The notes under the pieces: model-generated | Told to the model about the DNA's origin: nothing | Seen by the model: the letters and a program-made list of their open reading frames with translations, nothing else | Databases searched by the model: none | In this document: positions 1 through 9,724 of the stretch, piece after piece | How the letters are laid out: every line of letters starts with the position of its first letter | Position numbering within the stretch: the first letter of the stretch is position 1 | NCBI GenBank assembly: GCA_965250285.1 | Contig: OZ252299.1 | Location: 4,192,001-4,256,000 of the forward strand | Reading direction: 5' to 3' | Length of the DNA stretch: 64,000 nt | DNA from: Myxococcota bacterium | Lineage (GTDB): Bacteria > Myxococcota_A > UBA9160 > UBA4427 | Position numbers and translations under genes: made by a program

Positions 1-801
1 CAGCGGAAACACCACGAGGCCGGCGATGAAGGCGACGCCGAAATCCGAGATTGCGATCGTCACCGACTCGAGGGGCAAGTCGGTGTTGCGGTCGAGGTAG
101 CTCGCATAGGTGAGGATCGCGCCCATGCCGAGGCTCAGGCTGAAGAAGGCCTGGCCCGCCGCGTCGCGCAGCACGTCGCGACTCCAGATCGCGCCAAAGT
201 CGGTGTTGAAGTAGTAGGCGTACCCCTCGGAGGCGCCCGGGAGCGTGCTCGCGTAGATCGCGAGACCGACGACGATCAGAGCGAGCAGAGGCATCAGAAT
301 GATCGAGGCGCGCTCGATGCCCGACCGGATCCCGCCCGAGACGACTGCGACGGTGATCGTCATGAAGAGCAGGTGCCAGCCGAGCGCCGGCCAGCCGCTC
401 GCGATGGACGTGAAATGCCCACCGGCGTCGGCGGGAAAGCCGACCATGACCGACTCGACCGCGTATCGGAAGGTCCAGCCGGCGATCACGCTGTAGTACG
501 CGAGGATCAAGAGACCGGCGAGTACGAAGACGCCACCGAGGGGACGCCAGGCCGGGCCGCCGTAGTGCGCGAGCGCCTGGATCGGGCTGCGCCGCGCCCC
601 CCGGCCGAGTGTGAGCTCGGCGAGCATGACGGGCAGCCCCACGATCAGGGTCATCACGACGTAGAGCGAGACGAAGGCGGCGCCGCCGTTCTCGGCGGCC
701 ATGTACGAGAACCGCCACATGTTGCCGAGGCCCACGGCCGAGCCGACGGCCGCGAGCGTGAAACCCAGCCGACCAGACCAGTTCTCTCGTGCGTTCTCCA
801 C
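1..801 (-). CDS. Sodium-dependent transporter, NSS/SNF (LeuT-like) family; runs off the window edge
   Basis: Not in the ORF track. Manual translation from GTG at 801 gives MENARENWSGRLGFTLAAVGSAVGLGNMWRF...GGAAF, the NSS TM1 signature; later QAFFSLSLGMGAILTYASY. Confidence 0.92.
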   Translation of the reverse strand, partial: MENARENWSGRLGFTLAAVGSAVGLGNMWRFSYMAAENGGAAFVSLYVVMTLIVGLPVMLAELTLGRGARRSPIQALAHYGGPAWRPLGGVFVLAGLLILAYYSVIAGWTFRYAVESVMVGFPADAGGHFTSIASGWPALGWHLLFMTITVAVVSGGIRSGIERASIILMPLLALIVVGLAIYASTLPGASEGYAYYFNTDFGAIWSRDVLRDAAGQAFFSLSLGMGAILTYASYLDRNTDLPLESVTIAISDFGVAFIAGLVVFPL

Positions 802-864
802 CCCCCGCCCCCCTCTCGGGCGCGATGATACCGGCCGCGCGCGACCGCAGAAACAGGGGGGCTG

Positions 865-2481
865 TCAGGGGAGAACGCCGGCGTACTCGATCCCCGTGAG
901 GTGATGCATTTCGCGGTCGAACGTGGCGAGGTCATCGACGGCGAACTGATCGAGGTGATCGTGACCGCACGCGCGAGCCATGACGCGCATGAGCTCGGTC
1001 GATGAATCGAGGAAGCGCGTCAGCCGCCTCGCTGCGAGCTCGATGTTCAACCGAGCGCGCAGGTGATCCTGCTGGGTGGCGATCCCGACAGGGCAGTTGT
1101 CGGTGTGGCATGCGCGCATGGCGATGCACCCGATCGCTTGCATCGCCGAGTTCGACAGCGCGATGGCGTCGGCGCCGAGCGCCAGCGCCTTCACGAAGTC
1201 GGAGGGCACCCGCAGGCCACCTGTGATGACCAGGGTGATGTCGCCGCGGCCCGTGCGATCGAGGTGGCGACGCGCACGCGCGAGCGCCGGGATCGTCGGA
1301 ACGCTGATGTTGTTGCGAAAGATGAGCGGCGCCGCGCCCGTGCCACCGCCGCGACCATCGAGGATCACGTAGTCGGCGCCCCCCCGGATCGCCGCCTCGA
1401 CGTCGCGCTCGACATGCTGGGCCGAGAGCTTGAAGCCAATCGGGATCCCCCCGGTCGCCTCGCGGACCTCGTCGCCGAATCGCCGGTAGTCGTCGAGGTT
1501 GTCCCAGTCGGGAAATCGCGGCGGCGAGATCGCGGGGGTGCCTTCCGGGATCCCGCGCACCTCGGCGATCTTCCCCCTCACCTTGTGCCCGGGCAGGTGG
1601 CCCCCCGTGCCCGTCTTCGCCCCCTGCCCGCACTTGAAGTGAAAGGCCTGGACGCGCGCGAGCTTGTCCATCGAGAAGCCGAAGCGCCCCGATGCCAGCT
1701 CATAGAGATAGCGGTCGTTCTCGGCCTGCTCCTCGGGCAGCATGCCGCCCTCCCCAGAACAGATGCCGGTGCCGGCTGCCTGTGCGCCGCGGGCGAGCGC
1801 GACCTTGGCCTCCTCCGACAGCGCGCCGTAGCTCATGTCCGACACGAAGAGCGGCGTCTCGAGCACGAGTGGCTTCTTCGCATTGGGCCCGATCACCACC
1901 CGCGCGCCGACCTCGTGGTCGTCGAGCAGCGGCGGACGATGCAGCTGGGCCGTCATGATCTGGATGGACTCCCACTGCGGCAGCTCACCGCGGGGTACCC
2001 CCATCGCGTCGACGCGGCCGTGGTGGCCGGCGCGTTCGAGCCCGTGCTCGGCGAGCTCCTGAATCCAGTGATTGAAGGGCTCGTCCGGGGTGCCGTGTGG
2101 ATCGGCGTAGGTGCCGAGGTCGGCCTCGCGGTCGTAGGGCTGGGGATGACAGCGCTCCCACTCGCGGATCTCGTCGGCATCGACGAATACGCCGTCGTCC
2201 TCGACCCAGTGGGTGAACTTCTCGAGACGCTCGCTGTTCGTGTACGCGCTGACGCCCGTGCGAAAGCGGTAGTCCCAGTTGTGCAGCCCGCAGATGAGAT
2301 CCTCGCCGTCGACGTGACCATCCGAGAGCAGCGCGCCGCGATGAAGGCATCGCCCATAGAGCACCGACACGTCATCGGCGCCGGGCCAGCGAACGATCAC
2401 GAGATCGACGTCCTCGACCAGCGCGTGCTCGGGCTTCGAAGGTTCGAGCTCGCTGAAGGTGGCGATCCGGACACGTTGCAT
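865..2481 (-). CDS. Rieske [2Fe-2S] domain fused to an FMN-binding glutamate-synthase-family domain
   Basis: Rieske ligands CLHRG...CGLHNW; GltS FMN-domain motifs MSYGALS, SGEGG, GQGAKTGTGGHLPG, DGRGGGTGA; 3Fe-4S motif CIAMRACHTDNCPVG. Confidence 0.9.
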   Translation of the reverse strand: MQRVRIATFSELEPSKPEHALVEDVDLVIVRWPGADDVSVLYGRCLHRGALLSDGHVDGEDLICGLHNWDYRFRTGVSAYTNSERLEKFTHWVEDDGVFVDADEIREWERCHPQPYDREADLGTYADPHGTPDEPFNHWIQELAEHGLERAGHHGRVDAMGVPRGELPQWESIQIMTAQLHRPPLLDDHEVGARVVIGPNAKKPLVLETPLFVSDMSYGALSEEAKVALARGAQAAGTGICSGEGGMLPEEQAENDRYLYELASGRFGFSMDKLARVQAFHFKCGQGAKTGTGGHLPGHKVRGKIAEVRGIPEGTPAISPPRFPDWDNLDDYRRFGDEVREATGGIPIGFKLSAQHVERDVEAAIRGGADYVILDGRGGGTGAAPLIFRNNISVPTIPALARARRHLDRTGRGDITLVITGGLRVPSDFVKALALGADAIALSNSAMQAIGCIAMRACHTDNCPVGIATQQDHLRARLNIELAARRLTRFLDSSTELMRVMARACGHDHLDQFAVDDLATFDREMHHLTGIEYAGVLP

Positions 2482-2525
2482 GACGGGCTCCTGACGCGCG
2501 GCTGGGGACCAATGGGCCCCCTAGC

Positions 2526-3365
2526 CTAGCCTCGCTCGCCCTTGTTGCGACGGTTCGCCAGATCCCAGACCGAGTCGAGGGCGCCATCGCCCCCGAGCAG
2601 GAAGTCGGGGCTGCGCTTCTCGATGTGGCCGATCAGGTGGTTGTACACGCCATAGCCGACGAGCTCGCGCAGCCGCTTCGAAAAGCCACGCACGACGGCG
2701 GGCGAAATCCCCAGCTGCTGATTCTCCTGCTGTCGAATGAAGCCCGCACAGTAGTTCATCGCGATGCCGACCCGGCGATCACGCGTCGCGTTTGCGCCGC
2801 CCCCGTGCCAGAGACTGCCGTTCCAGACGAGCACGCTGCCGCGCTTCATTTCGGCGGCGATGCTCTCGACGGCTTGATCGGGTCGCGGCGCGTGGTCGGC
2901 GAGGTGGCTGCCCGGCACCAGCCGGGTCGCTCCATTCGCCTCGGTGAAATCGGTGAGCGCCCACATCGTGTTGCAGACCAGTGCGTCGTGCGGGCGGCGA
3001 ATCGGCAGCAGCTGGTCGTCGGCGTGGAGCATCTGCGCCTTCTCGCCCGGCGCGATGTCGATGGACGACAGAGAAGAGATCAAGCACCCGCGATCGAGCA
3101 CGGCTTCGACGAGCGGCAGCACGGCGTCGTCCGTGGGGATCGGCTCGAACGTGCGGTCGTGGGCGAGCAGGTTGTAGACGCGCGTCGTCGAGAAGCCCTC
3201 GAAGTCGTTCGGCCCGCGACCGATCCCGAGCTCATCGACCAGCCGATCGAGCGTCGCGAGCCAGCCCGCCGCGGCGTCGGCGTCGAAGACGTCCTCGATG
3301 ACGGTGAAGCCGTCGGTCTCGATGCGCTCGAGATGCTTGTCGAGCCCGCCTTGATTGGTCGCCAT
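2526..3365 (-). CDS. Phytanoyl-CoA dioxygenase (PhyH) family Fe(II)/2OG dioxygenase
   Basis: HAD iron ligands (LHADD), WALTDFTEANGAT, distal His in LWHGGG. Confidence 0.88.
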   Translation of the reverse strand: MATNQGGLDKHLERIETDGFTVIEDVFDADAAAGWLATLDRLVDELGIGRGPNDFEGFSTTRVYNLLAHDRTFEPIPTDDAVLPLVEAVLDRGCLISSLSSIDIAPGEKAQMLHADDQLLPIRRPHDALVCNTMWALTDFTEANGATRLVPGSHLADHAPRPDQAVESIAAEMKRGSVLVWNGSLWHGGGANATRDRRVGIAMNYCAGFIRQQENQQLGISPAVVRGFSKRLRELVGYGVYNHLIGHIEKRSPDFLLGGDGALDSVWDLANRRNKGERG

Positions 3366-3462
3366 GGCCTCTTCCCGCGTCGAGTATCCCCGGCCTCTCC
3401 CGCCGAGCGTGACAGAGCGCCGAGCTGCGCGCCACGCAGGCCTCGCGCGGAGCGAAACCGGC

Positions 3463-4776
3463 TCAGAGGTCGATCACGCCGCGCAGACCGATGGCCACGG
3501 CATTGCGCCCACTGAAATGGGGATCGATCACCAGCTGCAGGTCGGGCTGCACCGCGAACCAGCGAAAGACCTGGGCGCGGTAGCTCAGCTCGATGATCGA
3601 CTCGTCCGAAGTCACGTTCTGGCCCGAAGCACGGACGAAGTCGAGGTAATCCTTGCCGAAGCGCTGATACGAGAAGCCAACGACCATCGCGTCTTCGTCA
3701 CGGCCGGGGAACGGGGTGCGCAATGCGAAGCCACCGCTCAGGTACCAGTCCGTGGCTGACGTCCCGACCTCCGGCGTGCCGAAGACACGCGCGAAGAAGT
3801 CCAAGCCCGGGCTCCACTCGCCCGGCTGAACGATCTGGAGGTCTGTGACGCCATAGAGCGAGGCTCGGCGACCGACCCGGTCGCCGGTGCTCAGGTCGAC
3901 GAGTTCGGTCCGAACACCGACGACGCCGATCGAGAACGAGGCCAATCGACCAAAGAGGCGCGGCCTCGCGATCGCCTCACCAAAAACGGTGAAACCGTCG
4001 TCGAACGACCAGTCGAAGCCGATGTTCTCTCGCGTATCGTCGCCCGCCGATGCGGTGTAGATCGCCGATCGAAGCTCGAAGCGTCGATCACTCGTCCGAA
4101 CACTGACGAGGACGCCGGGGGCTGCGACCGGATAGAAGGGTGTCAGCTGCCGGGCAAATGCCAGAAAGCCGAACGTGCCGTTCAGCAGCAGTGAGGAGGT
4201 GCTCGACTGGTAGAACTCGCCATCCGACGTGAGCTGACCGACGTCGATGCGGATGCGGTCGTTCCAGAGTTCCTGACGCAGGGCGATCTCGAAGAAGCGG
4301 ACACCGACCGCCGCCTCCCACCCCGAGAGGGTCTCACTCGGGAATTGACCGATCAGCTCCTGCGAAGGCTGCCCACCGTGGTACGAGTTCCAGTTCATCC
4401 GGAACGAGGCCCCCGGCCAGTGCACGATGCGTTCGAGGTCGAGCCCGAAGCCCCAGGTGGCGAAGCCCTCGTAGCGAATGCCGGTGTCGAAGCCGCCCTT
4501 CGTGTTCGCCCAGAAGCCGGTGGTGTACTGCGCGAAGACGTCGACACCCCGCCCGGCGAGCTTCGAGCGAAAACCACCCCAGCCGCCGGTGGCGCCCGGC
4601 CACTGCGTCCAGCGAAGCTCGGGCGCAGCCGCGCCCTGATCTTCGGCCAGTGCGCCCGCTGGGAAGAGCAACGAAGCCACGGCGAGGGCCGCCGCAGCAG
4701 CGCGCCGCGCGCGCGTGCCCCTGCGCCGACGTGCGGCCGGGGTTCGATGGGATCGGGCCCCGAGGCCGTCGCGCAT
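3463..4776 (-). CDS. Carbohydrate-selective porin, OprB family (start uncertain)
   Basis: Signal peptide ending ALA-E; TGGWGGFRSKL motif; C-terminal ELSYRAQV...VQPDLQLVIDP...GLRG typical of OprB. Confidence 0.82.
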   Translation of the reverse strand: MRDGLGARSHRTPAARRRRGTRARRAAAAALAVASLLFPAGALAEDQGAAAPELRWTQWPGATGGWGGFRSKLAGRGVDVFAQYTTGFWANTKGGFDTGIRYEGFATWGFGLDLERIVHWPGASFRMNWNSYHGGQPSQELIGQFPSETLSGWEAAVGVRFFEIALRQELWNDRIRIDVGQLTSDGEFYQSSTSSLLLNGTFGFLAFARQLTPFYPVAAPGVLVSVRTSDRRFELRSAIYTASAGDDTRENIGFDWSFDDGFTVFGEAIARPRLFGRLASFSIGVVGVRTELVDLSTGDRVGRRASLYGVTDLQIVQPGEWSPGLDFFARVFGTPEVGTSATDWYLSGGFALRTPFPGRDEDAMVVGFSYQRFGKDYLDFVRASGQNVTSDESIIELSYRAQVFRWFAVQPDLQLVIDPHFSGRNAVAIGLRGVIDL

Positions 4777-4780
4777 GGCG

Positions 4781-6751
4781 TCACGGCGCAGCGCAGGTGC
4801 TCTCGAGCTCGTGGAGCAGAAGAATGCGGCGCACCTCCTCGATCGTCTTGGGGTGCGCCTGCGACGAGTGACTCACCCGCACGACGAGCTCTGACTGAGC
4901 CTCTTCGATGTGCGCGCTGCGGTACTTCACGACGCCATCATCGCCCGTCTCGATGTCTTGCCCGGGCTTGACCGAGATGATCGAGTGCGCAGGCACGCTC
5001 GGCGCGACCGGGATCGAAGACAGCACCTGGATGAACTCGTCGTTCGGCGACATGTTGTCGATGCTGGTGCGCACGCGCACCCCGCGGTAGACCGACTGCG
5101 GGTCGTCGCTGATCCCCGACGCATCGGCGGCCACCTGAGCCAGGTCGGCGGGGAACCGGATCGCCCAGCTCGAGAGCCGCCGCAGGATGTCGGACGACGC
5201 GATGTAGCTGCCACGATGGGGCGTCGAGATGAAGATCACCCGCCCGACGGCTTCGTCGGGCTCGATGAACACGGCCTCTCGCAGCAGGGCCTTCGTCGCG
5301 TCGCTGAACCGCGTTTCTTCGAGGGGCTCGTCGAAGAACGAATCCCAGATCGTGTCGCCGCTCTCGATCGAGATGCCCTTGGCGAGGAGCCCCCCCTGGC
5401 TGTGGCCGATGATCACGGCGTCTCGGAGGCAGGCGTCGGTGCCTTCGGGGTCGAGGCTCGTGATTGCCCGATCGAGCGACCGACGCAAGAGCATCGACGA
5501 GTAGAGGATCGGGTTGCCCGACTCGTAGCGGAAGAACAAGAACTGATAGCGATCGCGAATGATCGGGTCGTTCTGAAGGTCGTTCACCATGTCGGCCCAG
5601 ATGACTGGCGTCGACATCGTGCCGTGCACGAAGACCACGGGGATCTGCCCTGACCGGCGCGGCTCCCAGCCGAAGAACCGATTGTCTTCGTTCACCTTGG
5701 TGAGCCGACCGAAGAAGACGCCGAGGCGGCCCTCCCAGACGTCGGATTCCTCGAGCGAGGCCGCGAGCGCGACCGAGGGCTGAATCTCGAGCGGCAGGGG
5801 CTCACCGTCGATAACCACGGGCTCGGACTCGGCCGCCGGCGTGATCAGCAGCCGCGACTCGATGACTCCGGTTTGCAGCTGCGCGCGGGGATCGGGGATC
5901 AGCAGCAGCGCATTCACCGCCACCACCGCCTTGTGCGCGACGAGGTATCCAGCCGGGTCGTTCGGGTCGAGCGGACGCGTGCGCGCAGCGAGCGGCGCGC
6001 CGACGCCCGAGCGGCGATAGCGATTGCGCAGACCCTCGATCTCGAACTCGTGGGCCGGGAGGAAGTCGATGAGCAGCCGGTTCTGCCAGCGCAGCTCCGT
6101 CTCGTCGAATGCGACGTCGAGCTCGCCGAAGGGCAACTCGAAGCGCCCGCCCGTGAACTGCTGGTACTCGTCGAGGTCTCGGAACGATTCGACCAGCCCC
6201 CGCGCGTAGAGATCGGCCGCGACGCGCACGCGCGGATCGATCAGCGTGACGGTCGACGCCTCGTCGTCCGAGAAGAGGAACGTGTAGGCGTAGACGACGG
6301 CGGCCCGGTAGTACTTGTTCGCCTCGCTGATCAGCGGGGCTTCGTCCGACGTGTAGATGGGGTCCTTGCGGACCATGCCCCGGTTGATGCGCTTCTCACG
6401 CGCCCGCGCACGCCGCCACGCCTTCCGCTCGAGGCCCTCGGCATAGAAGAACGAGAGCTCGGCCAGAGCGAAGTACTCGTCCGAGCCACCCCGGCCTTCG
6501 AGGACCTCCTCGTGGAGCGCGACGATGGCTTCGGGCGGCGACTCGTCGTAGCGCTTCAACAGCTCGTGGTTGCGGAGGACGATCTTGCTGTAGTCGCTCA
6601 AGTCGCCCGTCGCGGCCACGTTGGTGTGCGTCGCGCGTCGTGCCGCGTCGGTCGAGGCATGCTCGACGCGCAGGGGCGAGCCCCCGGCGCACGCGATCGC
6701 GCTCATCCAGACGGCCAGGCACCCTGCGGCGATCGCTCGCGCACTTCGCAT
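4781..6751 (-). CDS. Alpha/beta hydrolase lipoprotein (lipase/PGAP1-like)
   Basis: Start moved to ATG 6751 (MRSARAIAAG...AIAC lipobox); VVFVHG, nucleophile elbow GHSQGG, STPHRGS, DDGVVKYRSAH. Confidence 0.8.
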   Translation of the reverse strand: MRSARAIAAGCLAVWMSAIACAGGSPLRVEHASTDAARRATHTNVAATGDLSDYSKIVLRNHELLKRYDESPPEAIVALHEEVLEGRGGSDEYFALAELSFFYAEGLERKAWRRARAREKRINRGMVRKDPIYTSDEAPLISEANKYYRAAVVYAYTFLFSDDEASTVTLIDPRVRVAADLYARGLVESFRDLDEYQQFTGGRFELPFGELDVAFDETELRWQNRLLIDFLPAHEFEIEGLRNRYRRSGVGAPLAARTRPLDPNDPAGYLVAHKAVVAVNALLLIPDPRAQLQTGVIESRLLITPAAESEPVVIDGEPLPLEIQPSVALAASLEESDVWEGRLGVFFGRLTKVNEDNRFFGWEPRRSGQIPVVFVHGTMSTPVIWADMVNDLQNDPIIRDRYQFLFFRYESGNPILYSSMLLRRSLDRAITSLDPEGTDACLRDAVIIGHSQGGLLAKGISIESGDTIWDSFFDEPLEETRFSDATKALLREAVFIEPDEAVGRVIFISTPHRGSYIASSDILRRLSSWAIRFPADLAQVAADASGISDDPQSVYRGVRVRTSIDNMSPNDEFIQVLSSIPVAPSVPAHSIISVKPGQDIETGDDGVVKYRSAHIEEAQSELVVRVSHSSQAHPKTIEEVRRILLLHELESTCAAP

Positions 6752-6783
6752 TCGATCTCTCCCCCGGCCGGGCGGCCGCGCGC

Positions 6784-7749
6784 TCAGATACCGAGCGCCC
6801 AGCCGACCTTCGCCTGCAGCCGCTCGAACCACTCCTTCTCGTAGGCGTTCTCGGGCTCGGCGCGGACCATCTCGTCCATCACCTTCGCGTCTTCGCCGAC
6901 GAGGATCCGCCAGCGGCCCTCGCGCACGCCCGTGAGGATCACCTCGGCCGCCTCGGCTGCGGTCATCGGCGCCTGCGTCTCGAACGCTTCGCCGCGGGCG
7001 ATCAGAATCTGACGGATCTGATCGGTCGTCCAACCCGACGTGTCGACGCCCATCGCCGAGATGCGCTCGCGCGCCTGCTCGATCCCCTCGTCGTCGAGCT
7101 CCTTCGGATCGAAGCCGAGGATCTTGCCCGAGTTCTTCACGATCGCCGTGCCGATGTGGCCGGGCATCACGACCGAGACCTTCACGTGCGGGGCGTTGTT
7201 GCGCAGGTCGTTGACCAGGGCCTCGCTGAAGCCCTTCACTGCGAACTTGGCCGCCGAGTACGCCGTGTGACCGGTGGAGGGCCCGATCGACGCCCAGAAG
7301 CCGTTGACGCTGCTCGTGTTGATCAAGTGGCCTTCCTCGGCCGCGATCAGCATCGGCAGGAAGGCGCGCGTCGAGTAGTAGACACCACCCCAGCACACGT
7401 CGAACGTCTTGTCCCACTCTTCTCGGCCGTCGATGATCATGCTGCCGCCACCGCCGATGCCCGCGTTGTTGAACACGAGGTGGACGTGATCGGTCTCGTG
7501 CGCATCGGCCACGGCCGACTGGAACGAGACGACGTCGGCCTCGTCCGAGACGTCGGCGACGTGAGTCGTGACGCGCGTCCCTGCCGGCGCGGCTTCTTCA
7601 CACAGCGCCTTCGTCTGCGCCATGTTCTCTTCGGACAGGTCGCACATCGCGACGTGGCACCCCTCGGCCGTGAGCTGCCGACTCAGCTCTCGTCCCATGC
7701 CCGTGCCGCCCCCCGTGATGACGGCGATCTTGCCTTCGAACCGCTCCAT
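6784..7749 (-). CDS. Short-chain dehydrogenase/reductase
   Basis: TGGGTGMG, NNAG, catalytic YSAAK; RBS AGGAGG upstream. Confidence 0.92.
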   Translation of the reverse strand: MERFEGKIAVITGGGTGMGRELSRQLTAEGCHVAMCDLSEENMAQTKALCEEAAPAGTRVTTHVADVSDEADVVSFQSAVADAHETDHVHLVFNNAGIGGGGSMIIDGREEWDKTFDVCWGGVYYSTRAFLPMLIAAEEGHLINTSSVNGFWASIGPSTGHTAYSAAKFAVKGFSEALVNDLRNNAPHVKVSVVMPGHIGTAIVKNSGKILGFDPKELDDEGIEQARERISAMGVDTSGWTTDQIRQILIARGEAFETQAPMTAAEAAEVILTGVREGRWRILVGEDAKVMDEMVRAEPENAYEKEWFERLQAKVGWALGI

Positions 7750-7863
7750 GCCTTCCTCCTAGACGAACGACGAGGGTACCGCGAACGCGCGCATCGTGGA
7801 GCGGGGGATTCGGCACGCAGAAGTGCTTCGGCCGGAGATCCGGCGCAATTGGAAGAGCGAGAT

Positions 7864-8427
7864 TCAGGTCGACTGGAGGGTGTGTTCGGCGACGATCTCG
7901 AAGAGGCGCTCGCGCCGGTCGGGCGCCCACGTGTAGAGCGCGAGGCGGTCGAGGCGAACCCTCGGCGAACCGAGATCGAGCGCCTCGGCCCAGTCCAGCG
8001 CGGCGCGTCGCTGCCGCGCGTCGGCGCGGCGCCCGATGCGCGCCAGCGTCACGTGGGGCAGCGGCGGTCGATCGTCGGGCCGGGCCCCAGCGGCCGCGAG
8101 CATCGGCGCGCGGACCGCCGCGATCCCATCGGCGACGCGCTCGGCGTTCGCCTCGAGCAGCGCCGACAGCGCCGACGGCTTGCGCCGCGCGCCCAGCCCA
8201 CGAACCCCGCCCAGCCGCACGCCGAGCGGGCCCGTCGGCCACGACGGCGCGAGCGCGAAGGCCCGACGCGCAGCGCGCTCCTGGACGCCACCGAGGAACG
8301 CGACCGTGGCGTGCAGGTCGCTGGCCGCAAAGAGCCGCACCTCGGGCGGCGCAGGCGAGAGGGCTTCGAGCCACGGCCCGGCCGCGACCGGCAGCGCGAT
8401 GAACCAGTTGGGTCTGGCGGCGGCCAC
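7864..8427 (-). CDS. thpR: RNA 2',3'-cyclic phosphodiesterase (2H phosphoesterase)
   Basis: Two HxT motifs (DLHATVAFLG, LPHVTLAR); N-terminal FIAL. Confidence 0.8.
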   Translation of the reverse strand: MAAARPNWFIALPVAAGPWLEALSPAPPEVRLFAASDLHATVAFLGGVQERAARRAFALAPSWPTGPLGVRLGGVRGLGARRKPSALSALLEANAERVADGIAAVRAPMLAAAGARPDDRPPLPHVTLARIGRRADARQRRAALDWAEALDLGSPRVRLDRLALYTWAPDRRERLFEIVAEHTLQST

Positions 8428-8562
8428 GCGTTCAGTCCGCCCCGCGAAGGACGCGGTGTCCGACGTGCCCGGGTCGCAGCGACGCCAGGCCGACGCTCGC
8501 AGACGCGGGTGCGCGCACGGCCGCGAGCGAAGCCCGCATCGCGCGACGACAGACGAGCGACG

Positions 8563-9711
8563 TCAGCGCTGCAGCACCGTCACGGCGGACACGCCCGGAA
8601 AGCCGTAGACCTGCGTGAAGCCGGTCTTCGGATCGCCCGGGACCTGGCGCTCACCCGCCTCCCCCCGCAGCTGCGTCGCGATTTCGTAGACCTGCCGAAG
8701 GCCCGACGCGCCGATCGGCTCGCCGTTCGCAAGCAGACCGCCGTCGGTGTTGACCGGCAGGCGGCCGCCGATCTCGGTCTCTCCGGCGGCGATCCAGGCC
8801 TCCTGCTCACCGTCTTCGCAGAAGCCGCACTCGGCCATGTGCATGATCTCGTGACCGACCTCGGTGTCCTGCAGCTGAGCCACGTCGACGTCCTCGGGCC
8901 CGACGCCGGCCTGCTCGAACGCGACCTGCGCCGCGAGCACGGCCGGGCTCGACGTCATCGTCGCCGGCGTCGACGGCGAGAGCGTCTCGAACGAGCCGTA
9001 CTGCCGCGTCTTGAAGACGGCGCTCTTCACGTAGATCGGCTTGTCGGTGTAGCGCTTCGCGTCCTCCGCCCGACACAACACCATGGCGGCCGCGCCTTCC
9101 GAAGGCGAGCAGAAGTGAAACTTGCGCAGCGGATCGCAGACGAAGTCGGACTGCGCGATCTCGTCGTACGAGAGCGCCTTGCGGCGCCACGCCTGCGGGT
9201 TGCGCGCGCCGTTCGCGAACGCCTTGACCGCCACCCGATTCAGGCAGTCTTCGGTGATCCCGTGATCGTGCATGTAGCGCCGGGTCTTCATCGAGAAGTA
9301 CTGGGGATTCAGCGCCAGACCGGTCTCGCCGTACCATTGGCCGAGACCGATCGCCTCGAGCGTGTCCCCCACCGAGAACGCACCGCGCGGATGCTTGTCG
9401 AGGCCGACGGCGAGCGCGAGATCGCCGACGCCCGCCGTGATCGCGTTGGCGGCCGAGATCAGCAGATTGCCGCCGGTCGCGCAGCCGTTGTAGAGCGTCG
9501 TGAACGGGATCCCGGTCAGGCCCAACCACTTGTTCATCGTGTCGGGCTGAAGCACCTCGAGGCTGCCCGCGTAGGCGGTGTCGATCTCTTCCCACCGCAC
9601 GCCCGCATCGTTCAGGGCGTGGCGCGCGGCCGCCGCCCCCATGTCGAGGGCCGACACGCCGTCATGGCGGCCGAACGGGTAGAGCCCGATGCCAACGATC
9701 GCGACGTCCAT
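8563..9711 (-). CDS. Thiolase-fold protein (SCP2/lipid-transfer-protein type)
   Basis: MDVAIVGIG, NGCATG, SEGAAA, VNTDGGLLANGEPIGASG; start ATG 9711 with AGGAG RBS; adjacent DUF35 gene. Confidence 0.88.
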   Translation of the reverse strand: MDVAIVGIGLYPFGRHDGVSALDMGAAAARHALNDAGVRWEEIDTAYAGSLEVLQPDTMNKWLGLTGIPFTTLYNGCATGGNLLISAANAITAGVGDLALAVGLDKHPRGAFSVGDTLEAIGLGQWYGETGLALNPQYFSMKTRRYMHDHGITEDCLNRVAVKAFANGARNPQAWRRKALSYDEIAQSDFVCDPLRKFHFCSPSEGAAAMVLCRAEDAKRYTDKPIYVKSAVFKTRQYGSFETLSPSTPATMTSSPAVLAAQVAFEQAGVGPEDVDVAQLQDTEVGHEIMHMAECGFCEDGEQEAWIAAGETEIGGRLPVNTDGGLLANGEPIGASGLRQVYEIATQLRGEAGERQVPGDPKTGFTQVYGFPGVSAVTVLQR

Positions 9712-9724
9712 GATGCGGGCGCTC

